DNA of 43,575 nt, taken from an uncultured Gammaproteobacteria bacterium (GTDB taxonomy: Bacteria; Patescibacteriota; Microgenomatia; Levybacterales; GWA1-39-11). Where the stretch lies: the NCBI GenBank assembly GCA_964589835.1, contig CAZPUU010000002.1:1-43575 (forward strand), in the 5' to 3' direction. The notes below the pieces were generated by a model. The model ran no database searches. It was not told the origin of the DNA and saw only the letters and a list, made by a program, of their open reading frames with translations. A program made the position numbers and the translations under genes. Of the stretch, positions 35,921-43,575 are shown piece after piece; the first letter of the stretch is position 1, and each line of letters starts with the position of its first letter.

Positions 35921-37738
35921 TTATGGGTTTACCACCTCAATCATAAATTTATTTACTTCTTCCGCGGGAGAGAATGCTGGACCATGTAATGAGCACAGCA
36001 ACTCTGCTGTTGGAAGGAGGGGAACTTGACTAACCAGAGAATTGGCCACGTTGCTGCCCATTCTCCTTTTTGTTAAATGTTCGAATGCTTTAACTTTTCC
36101 CAAGTCTTTTGGAAGAAAAACATGTTTTAGCGGCTTGATAAGAACAGGATTATCAAAACCCCCTGAAGTCATTGATATACCAGTTGCATAACTAGGCATA
36201 AATGAAGACATAACTGCCTGAATTTCTGGATAATTAGATTTCAGATACCCAAATGCAAGAGAAAACATGCTACTACTCGTATTACCTGGTGTGCCCGGCC
36301 TACTATAAAGTCGTGTAAGGTCGTAACATTTGCGAGGATCGTATCCATTAAGTATTAATGTGTTTGCCTTATAATCTCTGTCTATTTTCTCAAAAGCAAG
36401 GGCTGAGAATGGAAGCTCTTCTCCTTCGACAAACAAACCAAATGAGATATCAGCCCTTGGGGTATGTATATAGTGTAAGTCGTTATGAATTTGAGCAGCC
36501 AGTGCAGGATCGATTTCCTCAAAACGCAAACCTACACTGTCGCTAACTGACGTAATCCCCTCCTCTTTTACAGCCCTCACGGTACCATTTTTCCTCTGAA
36601 TTACCCAACCCGGTTCAGCAAAAATGCCCCGAGGCGTAAGAATGCTTTCAAGAGGTAGTGGACTTCTCTCCATTCTCTCTTGGATAACTGCAGCCTGTTC
36701 AGAAATTACAAATTCAACAAGGTCATCATTCATGGAATAACTTCTCACAATATCGGGATCAGTTTTTAATATATTGCGCCAATCATGATAATTTCCATTT
36801 GCTTGTAAATATTGCTCCAGTTCCTGACCCGCGTGAAAAAGCGATTTAACAGGAAATGTAGTCAGTCTAAAAAGCACCTGATACTTTAAATCTTGGGGAT
36901 CACATAACATCTCTGTTTTTCCAAGAAAATCACCAGTCTGCCGTGCAACACACTCCCTAATATAAGTCATTAATGGGTCTCTTGGCCAATCTGATAGTTT
37001 AAACTTCGGTTCAAGATTTATTTTTCTATTTTCGATACTCCTTTTTAATGCTTTCTGTTGCTCCAAAATTGCCTCGGTAAATACTATCTCTCTTAACAAA
37101 GCAAACTTTGCACTCGTCCTATTTCCACCTAAGAATACTTTGCTTGCTTTTCTTCTAATGTCAGGCTTTACTTCTGTTTCCTTGTCACATATAACTATTC
37201 CTAAACCGTTTTCGACCAATTGTTCTGGAGCAGACTGGGACACAACAATGCCGACATTTTCTGCCAAATATTTCTTTACAAATCCAAGCACCCTTCCATA
37301 TATTGCCCTATCATTCTTCAATCGAGTTATTTCAGCTACTTCTCCATCAAACTGAGATTTTCCTTTCTCGCTCGTATCTTTATCCTCATCGCTACGAAAG
37401 GCTATCCGAAAACTATCAGGACCTTTCTCAATTTGAATATCATCAAGTATATTCGATACAATCTGTCCTCTTTCTTTTTTATAATTATTTCCTGCACGTA
37501 GTTCTATACCATTCTGAGCCAATTTGTAATTGATAGCACCGAATAACAAATCTAATGAGAGCTCTTTAAAGCCCAAATCTCGGGCACCCTCTAACATTTC
37601 AGGTGTTGCTCCACTTTCCGATTCGCAAGATGTAATACCAATATTCATTCTCTGCTGAAAGCTTCTTTTCATGTAAGGATCAAGCGAAAAGTAGGCAGCA
37701 CCAACTTGACTACTAATTAAAGCTTCTGATGAATTCAT
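35921..37738 (-). CDS. 605-aa protein of unknown function; C-terminal domain resembles Mom/GNAT-like acyltransferase folds
   Basis: Long clean ORF. The C-terminal pattern LHYIHTPRADISFGLF...SALAFEK...DLTRLYS...NTSSSMFS...AVMSSFMPSYATGISMTSGGF recalls GNAT/Mom-like proteins. This is by eye only and low certainty. Confidence 0.6.
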   Translation of the reverse strand: MNSSEALISSQVGAAYFSLDPYMKRSFQQRMNIGITSCESESGATPEMLEGARDLGFKELSLDLLFGAINYKLAQNGIELRAGNNYKKERGQIVSNILDDIQIEKGPDSFRIAFRSDEDKDTSEKGKSQFDGEVAEITRLKNDRAIYGRVLGFVKKYLAENVGIVVSQSAPEQLVENGLGIVICDKETEVKPDIRRKASKVFLGGNRTSAKFALLREIVFTEAILEQQKALKRSIENRKINLEPKFKLSDWPRDPLMTYIRECVARQTGDFLGKTEMLCDPQDLKYQVLFRLTTFPVKSLFHAGQELEQYLQANGNYHDWRNILKTDPDIVRSYSMNDDLVEFVISEQAAVIQERMERSPLPLESILTPRGIFAEPGWVIQRKNGTVRAVKEEGITSVSDSVGLRFEEIDPALAAQIHNDLHYIHTPRADISFGLFVEGEELPFSALAFEKIDRDYKANTLILNGYDPRKCYDLTRLYSRPGTPGNTSSSMFSLAFGYLKSNYPEIQAVMSSFMPSYATGISMTSGGFDNPVLIKPLKHVFLPKDLGKVKAFEHLTKRRMGSNVANSLVSQVPLLPTAELLCSLHGPAFSPAEEVNKFMIEVVNP

Positions 37739-37846
37739 AATATTTGGGTATTATAGGATAGAAATGTTAAGCCGTCAAATGTACCATTATTTGAATTCCT
37801 AACCTATCACATATATAATCAACAGATAATTATCGAATCTCTTCGC

Positions 37847-38410
37847 ATGACTGACATATATTTTGTAACTAGCAATAACTATAAGTTCAGAAAGTTTTCG
37901 GAATCTCTATCGACGACTCAGTTTAATTTTATTCAGCTCAATGAAACAACTCCAGAGATACAGTCTACCAATAATTCAGATGTAGCAGAATTTTCAGCAA
38001 AATGGGCATCTCAAACATTCAATAAACCTGTTATATGTGAAGATGTTGGACTTTACATCGATGCTCTCCATGGATTTCCGGGACCATATTTATCTCATAT
38101 TGAAAAATGGATAGAAACTGATGGCTTTCTTAATCTTATGTCTGGAGTAGGTAACCGAGAAGCACATTGGGAATATTGTGTTGCATTCTGCGTACCAGGG
38201 TCAAAACCAGTTTCATTTAGTACTTTCCCAAGAGGATCTATTGCCTACACTGCCAAAGGAAAAGACGGATGGTATGCCGATAAGATTTTCTTACCTGAGA
38301 ACGAAAAACTAACCATCGCAGAAATGCTTGACCTGAAGATATATAAAAGAAATAAAGATCACTACGAAAAACTTCTGGAATATCTCAAAAAAGAATATCA
38401 ATTTTCATAA
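37847..38410 (+). CDS. Ham1/ITPase-family non-canonical NTP pyrophosphatase-like protein
   Basis: 187 aa. IYFVTSNNYKFRKF, EDVGLYIDALHGFPGPY, EAHWEYCVAF, and a C-terminal KRNKDHYEKL (SHR-like region). Opposite strand to its neighbours. Confidence 0.7.
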   Translation: MTDIYFVTSNNYKFRKFSESLSTTQFNFIQLNETTPEIQSTNNSDVAEFSAKWASQTFNKPVICEDVGLYIDALHGFPGPYLSHIEKWIETDGFLNLMSGVGNREAHWEYCVAFCVPGSKPVSFSTFPRGSIAYTAKGKDGWYADKIFLPENEKLTIAEMLDLKIYKRNKDHYEKLLEYLKKEYQFS

Positions 38411-39034
38411 TAATAAATCGCGGCATTCCTGTACCATTTCACAAGCAATGGAATCAGTAAATGAGGGATCATTTTTCACAATAACCATCCCCGCACCCAA
38501 TCTTGTTGCCATTGCGTATGTTCCCAATCTAGCAATTGTTTGATGTAGATTTATGTCATCCATAAGCTCTATCTCCCTTTTCCTTTTATCCTGATTTTCA
38601 ATTCTCCACTGGCTAATTTGATCCGGATCCGACTCTATAAACAAATACTCGAGTGCCTTTGTACGCAATTCGCTTTGAGGGTTCATAACATATGAACCTC
38701 GTTGCTTGAAAACGACATGAGTCATCTGAAGACTGGGTTGAAGACTTATAAGTCTATCAAGCGTTCGCTGAATATATGCATCTAGGTCGTCAAGCTGCAT
38801 ATCTTTTAACGCGTCTTGTGTAATGAAATCTGCATCAGCAAGTGATTGGCGGATGCTTGCAAGTAACTCAGATCCAAAATTGAAAATTGCTATTTTGCCA
38901 CCTAGTAATTCGGGTTCGAGCTCGCTTGCCTTTTTAACTAGATAGTCCTTTCCCGCACCTGATATTCCCGTAACGGTAATAATCCTATTTTTATCAGAAG
39001 CATTTTCGACTGGTCGTATCCGCTCAATTTGCAT
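38405..39034 (-). CDS. P-loop nucleotide kinase resembling archaeal-type adenylate kinase (AdkA family)
   Basis: 209 aa. Walker A TVTGISGAGKDY. Collinear by eye with archaeal AdkA (MTHVVF at the DTH position, INLHQ at the IEQHQ position, GAGMVIVKND at the GATVKIVQN position). Confidence 0.55.
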   Translation of the reverse strand: MQIERIRPVENASDKNRIITVTGISGAGKDYLVKKASELEPELLGGKIAIFNFGSELLASIRQSLADADFITQDALKDMQLDDLDAYIQRTLDRLISLQPSLQMTHVVFKQRGSYVMNPQSELRTKALEYLFIESDPDQISQWRIENQDKRKREIELMDDINLHQTIARLGTYAMATRLGAGMVIVKNDPSFTDSIACEMVQECRDLLL

Positions 39035-39040
39035 ATTTTC

Positions 39041-40048
39041 CTAAGTGAGTGGTACTTCTGATTTTGGTAGACTTAATAACTCCTGAGTATATCTTTTTCC
39101 CAACTCTTCTGTCCAAATATCCCTCATTGCTTGCTGATTGTCCATCAACTGAATGTGATACTCTTTTTCCCTTTGTACGGTCTGAGGAAAATCAATTACC
39201 TTCGAGGGAAATACCCGAAGAAGCATATTTGGATGGACCTCCTCTTGAATTTTATCCATCAGAGAGGGAATCGCTTCTCTAGCTTCCGCGACCGATTCTC
39301 CAAGCAAGGTAATATAAGTATAGGTATCTATACCTGCTTCCACCAACCTTCGCAATGCTTCTATTTGCAGATCGAAATATTCCTGTGCTGCACCCGTATT
39401 TCTTGAAAAAGACTGAGGGCTTATTCCCTTTATGCATGTGGCTCGGGCATAATTGGGGTATTTCGCAAATCGATCGAGTTGCTCAGGGGTTAACTTCTCA
39501 AAGAGAAAGAGCGAACTTAGATTATCATCCTGCCATAAAAAATGAGTCTTATCCATGCCTCTTTTTTCAAGTTCATCCATCATCCAAAGCGTCCATTCTG
39601 GCACAAGATCAGGTTGACCACCCGTTAGGTAAAATGTAGGAGCTTGGACCTCTTCTTGTTCATATAAATCTATTAAATCACTTGGAGACTTAAAATCACC
39701 CCGTGAAGAGTCAGCCTTTAAATATCTAAAGTCGACAAAACAATACCAACATCTAAAATTACAGGCTCCAACTCTGAATATTTGCGTAAGTGATGCATCC
39801 TCTTCCGATATTCCTAGCTTTGCAGGAACTAATTCCGGAAGTATATCAATATCTGGCCAGTCAGGTCTTTGCGTAACGGCCCGCCTCACTATTCCGAATC
39901 CGTCACAGTTAATGTATGCATGAGTACTATCAACCAGCTCTTCTTGCGGAATTTTTGATATGAAAATTTCTCTTGATTCAGGACGAATTATCCTTTCCCG
40001 AAAAGACTCTCCGAGTGCCACCGAATCAAAACCACCCTCCTTTCGCAT
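39041..40048 (-). CDS. radical SAM enzyme
   Basis: 335 aa. Canonical CxxxCxxC cluster motif GACNFRCWYCF and a GGE-like LTGGQPDL. An N-terminal extension of about 90 aa precedes the cluster motif. Confidence 0.8.
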   Translation of the reverse strand: MRKEGGFDSVALGESFRERIIRPESREIFISKIPQEELVDSTHAYINCDGFGIVRRAVTQRPDWPDIDILPELVPAKLGISEEDASLTQIFRVGACNFRCWYCFVDFRYLKADSSRGDFKSPSDLIDLYEQEEVQAPTFYLTGGQPDLVPEWTLWMMDELEKRGMDKTHFLWQDDNLSSLFLFEKLTPEQLDRFAKYPNYARATCIKGISPQSFSRNTGAAQEYFDLQIEALRRLVEAGIDTYTYITLLGESVAEAREAIPSLMDKIQEEVHPNMLLRVFPSKVIDFPQTVQREKEYHIQLMDNQQAMRDIWTEELGKRYTQELLSLPKSEVPLT

Positions 40049-40089
40049 AACTATATGATACCATCACGTGTCAAGAACAAATATCGTAT

Positions 40090-40182
40090 CTAAGCCAAAG
40101 CCGCCTGCTTTTTGAGTAAAGCATTGAACAATGTAGACTTTCCTACATTTGGCAACCCAACAATTCCTACTGATAGATTCAT
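40090..40182 (-). pseudogene. ychF: displaced 5' fragment of ychF (first 30 codons, then a stop)
   Basis: 40093-40182 matches 35732-35821 with 5 mismatches in 90 nt, all synonymous. It encodes [30 protein letters not shown] and is followed immediately by TAG. Similarity ends abruptly at codon 30. Confidence 0.85.
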
Positions 40183-41373
40183 ATTTCAACTAATCCTTTC
40201 ATAATAATTATATTAGTCATTTCTCTTAAGACGCAACGTAGTAGCATGTAGTTTTTTGATAAAATCGTCAAATATCGCCAGGGTTCCTACAACAAATTTC
40301 TTATTAGAAAATATTGGATCTTCGGATGGCACTTCGTCTTGATTCAACATGCCAGAAAGAGGTGAAACATGAATAATTTTATGTCTAAAATTGAATACTT
40401 TTTTAATTTTACTAACATCTTTAGAAGCGATATTCAATTCATCGAAATCTATATCATATGTAATTTTAAATACTTTTTTGCATAATGCATAATCTTGAAA
40501 ATTAATTAAGCCTTTCCCCTTCTTACCGTTTACGAGATATTCTATCAATACTAAATTGTCTTTAACAACCGCTGCTTTTATAGCCTCCTGCTTTTTAAGA
40601 GAGAATAACTTAGCTACTAATTCTTCAAGCTCTGGCTTGATACCTTCTTGCTCCAATTCCCTAAATCTTGCCTTCGAATATGTTTCAAACCCTGTTATTA
40701 AAATCGATAATGCTTGGTTAGCTACGATAGACTCAAAAATATATCCTTCGATAGAAGTTCCATTTATAAGTTTCTCGACTGAGAATATCGAATTTTTCCA
40801 ATTATCTAATGCTGAGGGTTTAAGAGTTTGCTTACCATTTTCGTAAACGCTTAATGCCATAACTTCAACGCCCTCATCCCCTACTTGAACAACTTTTCCA
40901 TCCTCGCCTATTTGAAATTTTTTTTGAGAAATTTCACCTTCACTTGTTACCAACTTTCCTCCTTCAACATCTTTTGGTCCAATACTTAATCGTGTCTCAT
41001 TCGGAGACCACACAAAATAAAAGAAAACTTTTTTACTTGGAATGACTGCATTTAGATCAATCGTTGCCACTCTAGTTCCGGTTCCTGGTGAAGAGTGATA
41101 AAATTTTGCTTCAAAATTATCGGTTCTTTCAAGAAGAAAATAATGTTTACCCGATATAATTTCAAAAATCTTATCCCCAGGGATATCTCGATTAAATAGT
41201 TCGTCATTGTCAAACGTAAACGTAAATGCTGCAGCACCCTCTTGCCGTTTAAGAGCATCACGAATTTGTTCTATTATTTCTGATGATAAATTTTTCATAT
41301 ACGTTTTTCTTCTTTAGGTTAGGCAATATAAAACGAGAACAAAATTCTAAAATTGAGTTAACAACCTGACTTT
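40183..41373 (-). mobile_element. inserted cassette 2 in the ychF 5' region (single gene)
   Basis: Bounded by the 30-codon ychF fragment (40093-40182) and a third ychF start copy (41374-41391). Confidence 0.45.
40213..41298 (-). CDS. 361-aa hypothetical protein with C-terminal R-x4-H (HEPN-like) motif
   Basis: Clean ORF. VFNFRHKIIHVSP lies near the C-terminus within a helical region. The N-terminal half is beta-rich and unassigned. Confidence 0.55.
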   Translation of the reverse strand: MKNLSSEIIEQIRDALKRQEGAAAFTFTFDNDELFNRDIPGDKIFEIISGKHYFLLERTDNFEAKFYHSSPGTGTRVATIDLNAVIPSKKVFFYFVWSPNETRLSIGPKDVEGGKLVTSEGEISQKKFQIGEDGKVVQVGDEGVEVMALSVYENGKQTLKPSALDNWKNSIFSVEKLINGTSIEGYIFESIVANQALSILITGFETYSKARFRELEQEGIKPELEELVAKLFSLKKQEAIKAAVVKDNLVLIEYLVNGKKGKGLINFQDYALCKKVFKITYDIDFDELNIASKDVSKIKKVFNFRHKIIHVSPLSGMLNQDEVPSEDPIFSNKKFVVGTLAIFDDFIKKLHATTLRLKRND

Positions 41374-41391
41374 CCCGACAGACAGATTCAT
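41347..41391 (-). other. third remnant of the ychF start with a native-like upstream sequence
   Basis: ATGAATCTGTCTGTCGGG (MNLSVG) matches the ychF start at 15 of 18 nt, then diverges to a stop after 14 codons. The 15 nt upstream (GATATACTTACCCTC) match the 15 nt upstream of the 35868 copy (GTTATAATTACCTTC) at 12 of 15. Confidence 0.5.
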
Positions 41392-41425
41392 GAGGGTAAG
41401 TATATCACGCTGGGATATAGCCCGG

Positions 41426-42571
41426 TTACCTGCCGGGGAAGGTGTTTTTGGGGACTGCGACTCTGAGTCCGTTGCCCAGGTCAAATTCTTGATCCCCATT
41501 TTCTTCCTCAAGCTGGAGGATGGCAAGTATTGAGGGGACATAAGTGTCAGAGTAATCACTTAACTTTGAAATTACTTTTCTTTTTACCTGCTCATTACTA
41601 ACGAGTTTGTAAAAATCTAATTTGTCTCGAGCCATGAGTTTTTTGGCTTTATCCACATCAATATTGCCTTCGTAAAACCCAATATCTTCACCGTATTTAT
41701 CCTGAAAATAAACAGACAATGCCTCATTCACATTTCCTATTCCTGCATGATAAGACCAGATGGTGAGTCCTATGTCACCTCCAAGCATAGCTTGGTGGTC
41801 GCGTAAATAGCGGCCTGCCGCATCGATGCTTAAAACCGGATCACCACGGTGATCGTATCCCTTTTCCTTGTCAATGAGTCCGTATTGCTCTCCCGTATCC
41901 ACCATGAACTGTGCTACTCCACGCGCACCGGACATTTTGTTGGTCACATCTTCACCACCCCCATTTTCAATTGCAATAATTCCATAAAGCATTGCTTCTG
42001 AGATGCCATACGCGTGCGCTGTTTGTTGAATTATTTCTTTATACTGCTGAGGAATTTGCCTATGCTGTTTTTCATAACCGGGCTTGTCTTCCAGTCTTGC
42101 CTTGAACATATCGACCCAGGCGTTAGCTTCCTGTTGTTGTTGAGGAGTCAGGTCATGAAAAACAGTTTCAGAAAGTGATGTGCCGCCATGCACATTTTCT
42201 TGAGCTTTCACAACGGCTACATTTTTGGATTCATGTGTTTCGGCTGTATGTGGCTGAACGGCCGATTCTACACCCGTTGCATTTACATCTTGTTGTTCGA
42301 ACCCACTTGCGTGGGCTCCATCACCGTCAATCTCGTCAACGACCGCTGCCCCTCCGCCAAGCGTTGCTCCCAATACCGCAATTGCCGCCGCTTTACTTCT
42401 CCAAGAACTCCCCTTATTTGAATCAACAGTATTCGACCTGCGTGACTCAACGGAAGAGGCATTTTTCCTGCGGACAATCCCATCAGGACTGACAACAGGC
42501 TGACCGATATTTCCTGCATTTTTCCGGCGGATTATTTGCCCCTGAGGTTGCTGCTCTGCTGAAGGATCCAT
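41426..42571 (-). CDS. lytic transglycosylase (SLT-domain) protein
   Basis: 381 aa. TM segment AAIAVLGATLGGGAAVV. SLT catalytic context GIIAIENGGG...SGARGVAQFM. Confidence 0.75.
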   Translation of the reverse strand: MDPSAEQQPQGQIIRRKNAGNIGQPVVSPDGIVRRKNASSVESRRSNTVDSNKGSSWRSKAAAIAVLGATLGGGAAVVDEIDGDGAHASGFEQQDVNATGVESAVQPHTAETHESKNVAVVKAQENVHGGTSLSETVFHDLTPQQQQEANAWVDMFKARLEDKPGYEKQHRQIPQQYKEIIQQTAHAYGISEAMLYGIIAIENGGGEDVTNKMSGARGVAQFMVDTGEQYGLIDKEKGYDHRGDPVLSIDAAGRYLRDHQAMLGGDIGLTIWSYHAGIGNVNEALSVYFQDKYGEDIGFYEGNIDVDKAKKLMARDKLDFYKLVSNEQVKRKVISKLSDYSDTYVPSILAILQLEEENGDQEFDLGNGLRVAVPKNTFPGR

Positions 42572-42678
42572 TACAATTCAGTATAACAATATTTGAAAAG
42601 GCCGTAAAATAGGCTCACGGATATACTCCCAAGGCAAGACACTTGACAAGTACCAAAAAGCGGGTTCATACTCAATAT

Positions 42679-43455
42679 ATGGCTAGAAGAAGACTTGCAA
42701 AACACTTGAAAAACTCGACTACCCATCTATATATCCTCTTCGGATTGACAACATTTTTCTTCGGGATAATTGCGGCGTTCATGATCTCAAATGTTTTCGC
42801 ACAAAATGCCGACACCAACCAGATCTACTCATGTGTCAATAACACAAACGGCAATATGAGAATGGTAACGTCATTAGACACTTGCAAGAACGGTGAAAAA
42901 TCGGTCAAGTGGTCTATCCAAGGACCTCCGGGACCGGCGGGTCCTGCAGGCGACACGGGAGGACTCAATCAATATTTTGGACTGCCGTTTTTCTGCGCGA
43001 CCTGTAATTTTGTCAGTATTGCAGATAGATTTGTAGACAAAGATTTTTCTTATGCACAAATTGTCAAAAGTGAATTCAGCGGCTCAGACATCCACGGAGT
43101 AATTTTTAAAGGCGCGTATCTTAATGGAAATACTTTTAACAATACAAATATGACCAACTCCGACCTGAGCAGTATGAAGGAATTGCCGGGCTGGGGAAAT
43201 TCCCGCAGAAATACATTTTGGAATTCAAATCTTACGAATTCTAATTTTTCAAACAGCATAGTCCAGGAATTTGAATTTACGAATGCCAATCTTATGAATG
43301 CCAATTTTTCAAATGCTCTTATAAAGGGATCCAAATTCACCGGTGCGACAAATTTGTCTACGGCAAATTTTAGCGGTGCGACTTGGGAAAATTCCACATG
43401 TCCTGACGGCACAAATTCCAATAACAACGGGAGTACCTGCCAAGGACATTTTTAA
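42679..43455 (+). CDS. membrane-anchored pentapeptide-repeat protein
   Basis: The ATG at 42679 (MARRRLAKH...) is followed by a TM helix, a short collagen-like GPPGPAGPAGDTGG, and C-terminal pentapeptide repeats (NLTNSNFSNSIVQEFEFTNANLMNANFSNALIKGSKFTGA). Confidence 0.75.
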   Translation: MARRRLAKHLKNSTTHLYILFGLTTFFFGIIAAFMISNVFAQNADTNQIYSCVNNTNGNMRMVTSLDTCKNGEKSVKWSIQGPPGPAGPAGDTGGLNQYFGLPFFCATCNFVSIADRFVDKDFSYAQIVKSEFSGSDIHGVIFKGAYLNGNTFNNTNMTNSDLSSMKELPGWGNSRRNTFWNSNLTNSNFSNSIVQEFEFTNANLMNANFSNALIKGSKFTGATNLSTANFSGATWENSTCPDGTNSNNNGSTCQGHF

Positions 43456-43575
43456 AACCCGAACTTCCTCCCCGTGGGTTCACCATTTCAAACTATTTTT
43501 GCGACCAATTCCTGCAAATACTCATACTGCCAATCTCGTTCTTTAGTAACCTCCTCCATAGAATTTGTTGCTCTA

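Larger units (their letters stand above)
35869..40092 (-). mobile_element. inserted cassette 1 in the ychF 5' region (four genes, no recombinase seen)
   Basis: Bounded by a truncated ychF start (35857-35868) and a 30-codon ychF 5' copy (40093-40182). Confidence 0.5.

Noticed and set aside
35869-41373. Search for an integrase, transposase or inverted terminal repeats that would classify the ychF-associated cassettes as a known mobile element type.
   Set aside because: None of the five cassette proteins shows recombinase or transposase motifs (no R-H-R-Y, DDE or serine-recombinase N-terminus). No terminal inverted repeats were seen. The element type is therefore left unassigned.
1-43575. CRISPR arrays, tRNA/rRNA genes and IS elements.
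   Set aside because: No regularly spaced direct repeats, no T-arm/GTTCGAATC-type motifs in cloverleaf context, no rRNA-like conserved blocks and no transposase-like ORFs were seen on either strand.

Overview
AT-rich bacterial window (about 40% GC by eye), densely packed with mostly short housekeeping genes. Gene content suggests a reduced-genome bacterium, possibly Patescibacteria/CPR; this is a low-confidence inference from the short ProRS without an editing insert, archaeal-type mevalonate enzymes and many small secreted or hypothetical proteins. The standard code applies, since TGA ends six operon genes. Housekeeping genes: dnaB, cysS, an S41 protease, rpsR-ssb-rpsF, htrA, hisS, an EamA transporter, rpmE, prfA, proS, prs, ybaB, dnaX, ybeY, rpsU, a HIT protein and ychF. 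Notable content: (1) A translationally coupled eight-gene mevalonate operon (20647-27643, minus strand) with an archaeal-style thiolase/HMG-CoA synthase/DUF35 trio and IDI-like Nudix genes in which the catalytic Cys aligns to Ser. (2) Two roughly 60% GC insertions in AT-rich intergenic DNA, each with its own sigma70-like promoter and a terminal GC hairpin. One (28.4-29.5 kb) carries three small ORFs including a DUF2384-like antitoxin domain. The other (31.8-32.6 kb) has no credible ORF and is packed with hairpins, making it a candidate large (about 760 nt) structured ncRNA. (3) The 5' end of ychF is present four times (35.7-41.4 kb), bracketing two inserted cassettes. One is a four-gene nucleotide-centred cluster (radical SAM, archaeal-type adenylate-kinase-like P-loop kinase, Ham1/ITPase-like protein, 605-aa protein with a Mom/GNAT-like C-terminus). 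The other is a single 361-aa protein with an R-x4-H (HEPN-like) motif. I consider this the best candidate for an undescribed system (nucleotide or nucleic-acid modification, or anti-phage). No rRNA, tRNA, CRISPR array, transposase or integrase was recognised. All homology calls are motif recognition by eye; no searches were run.
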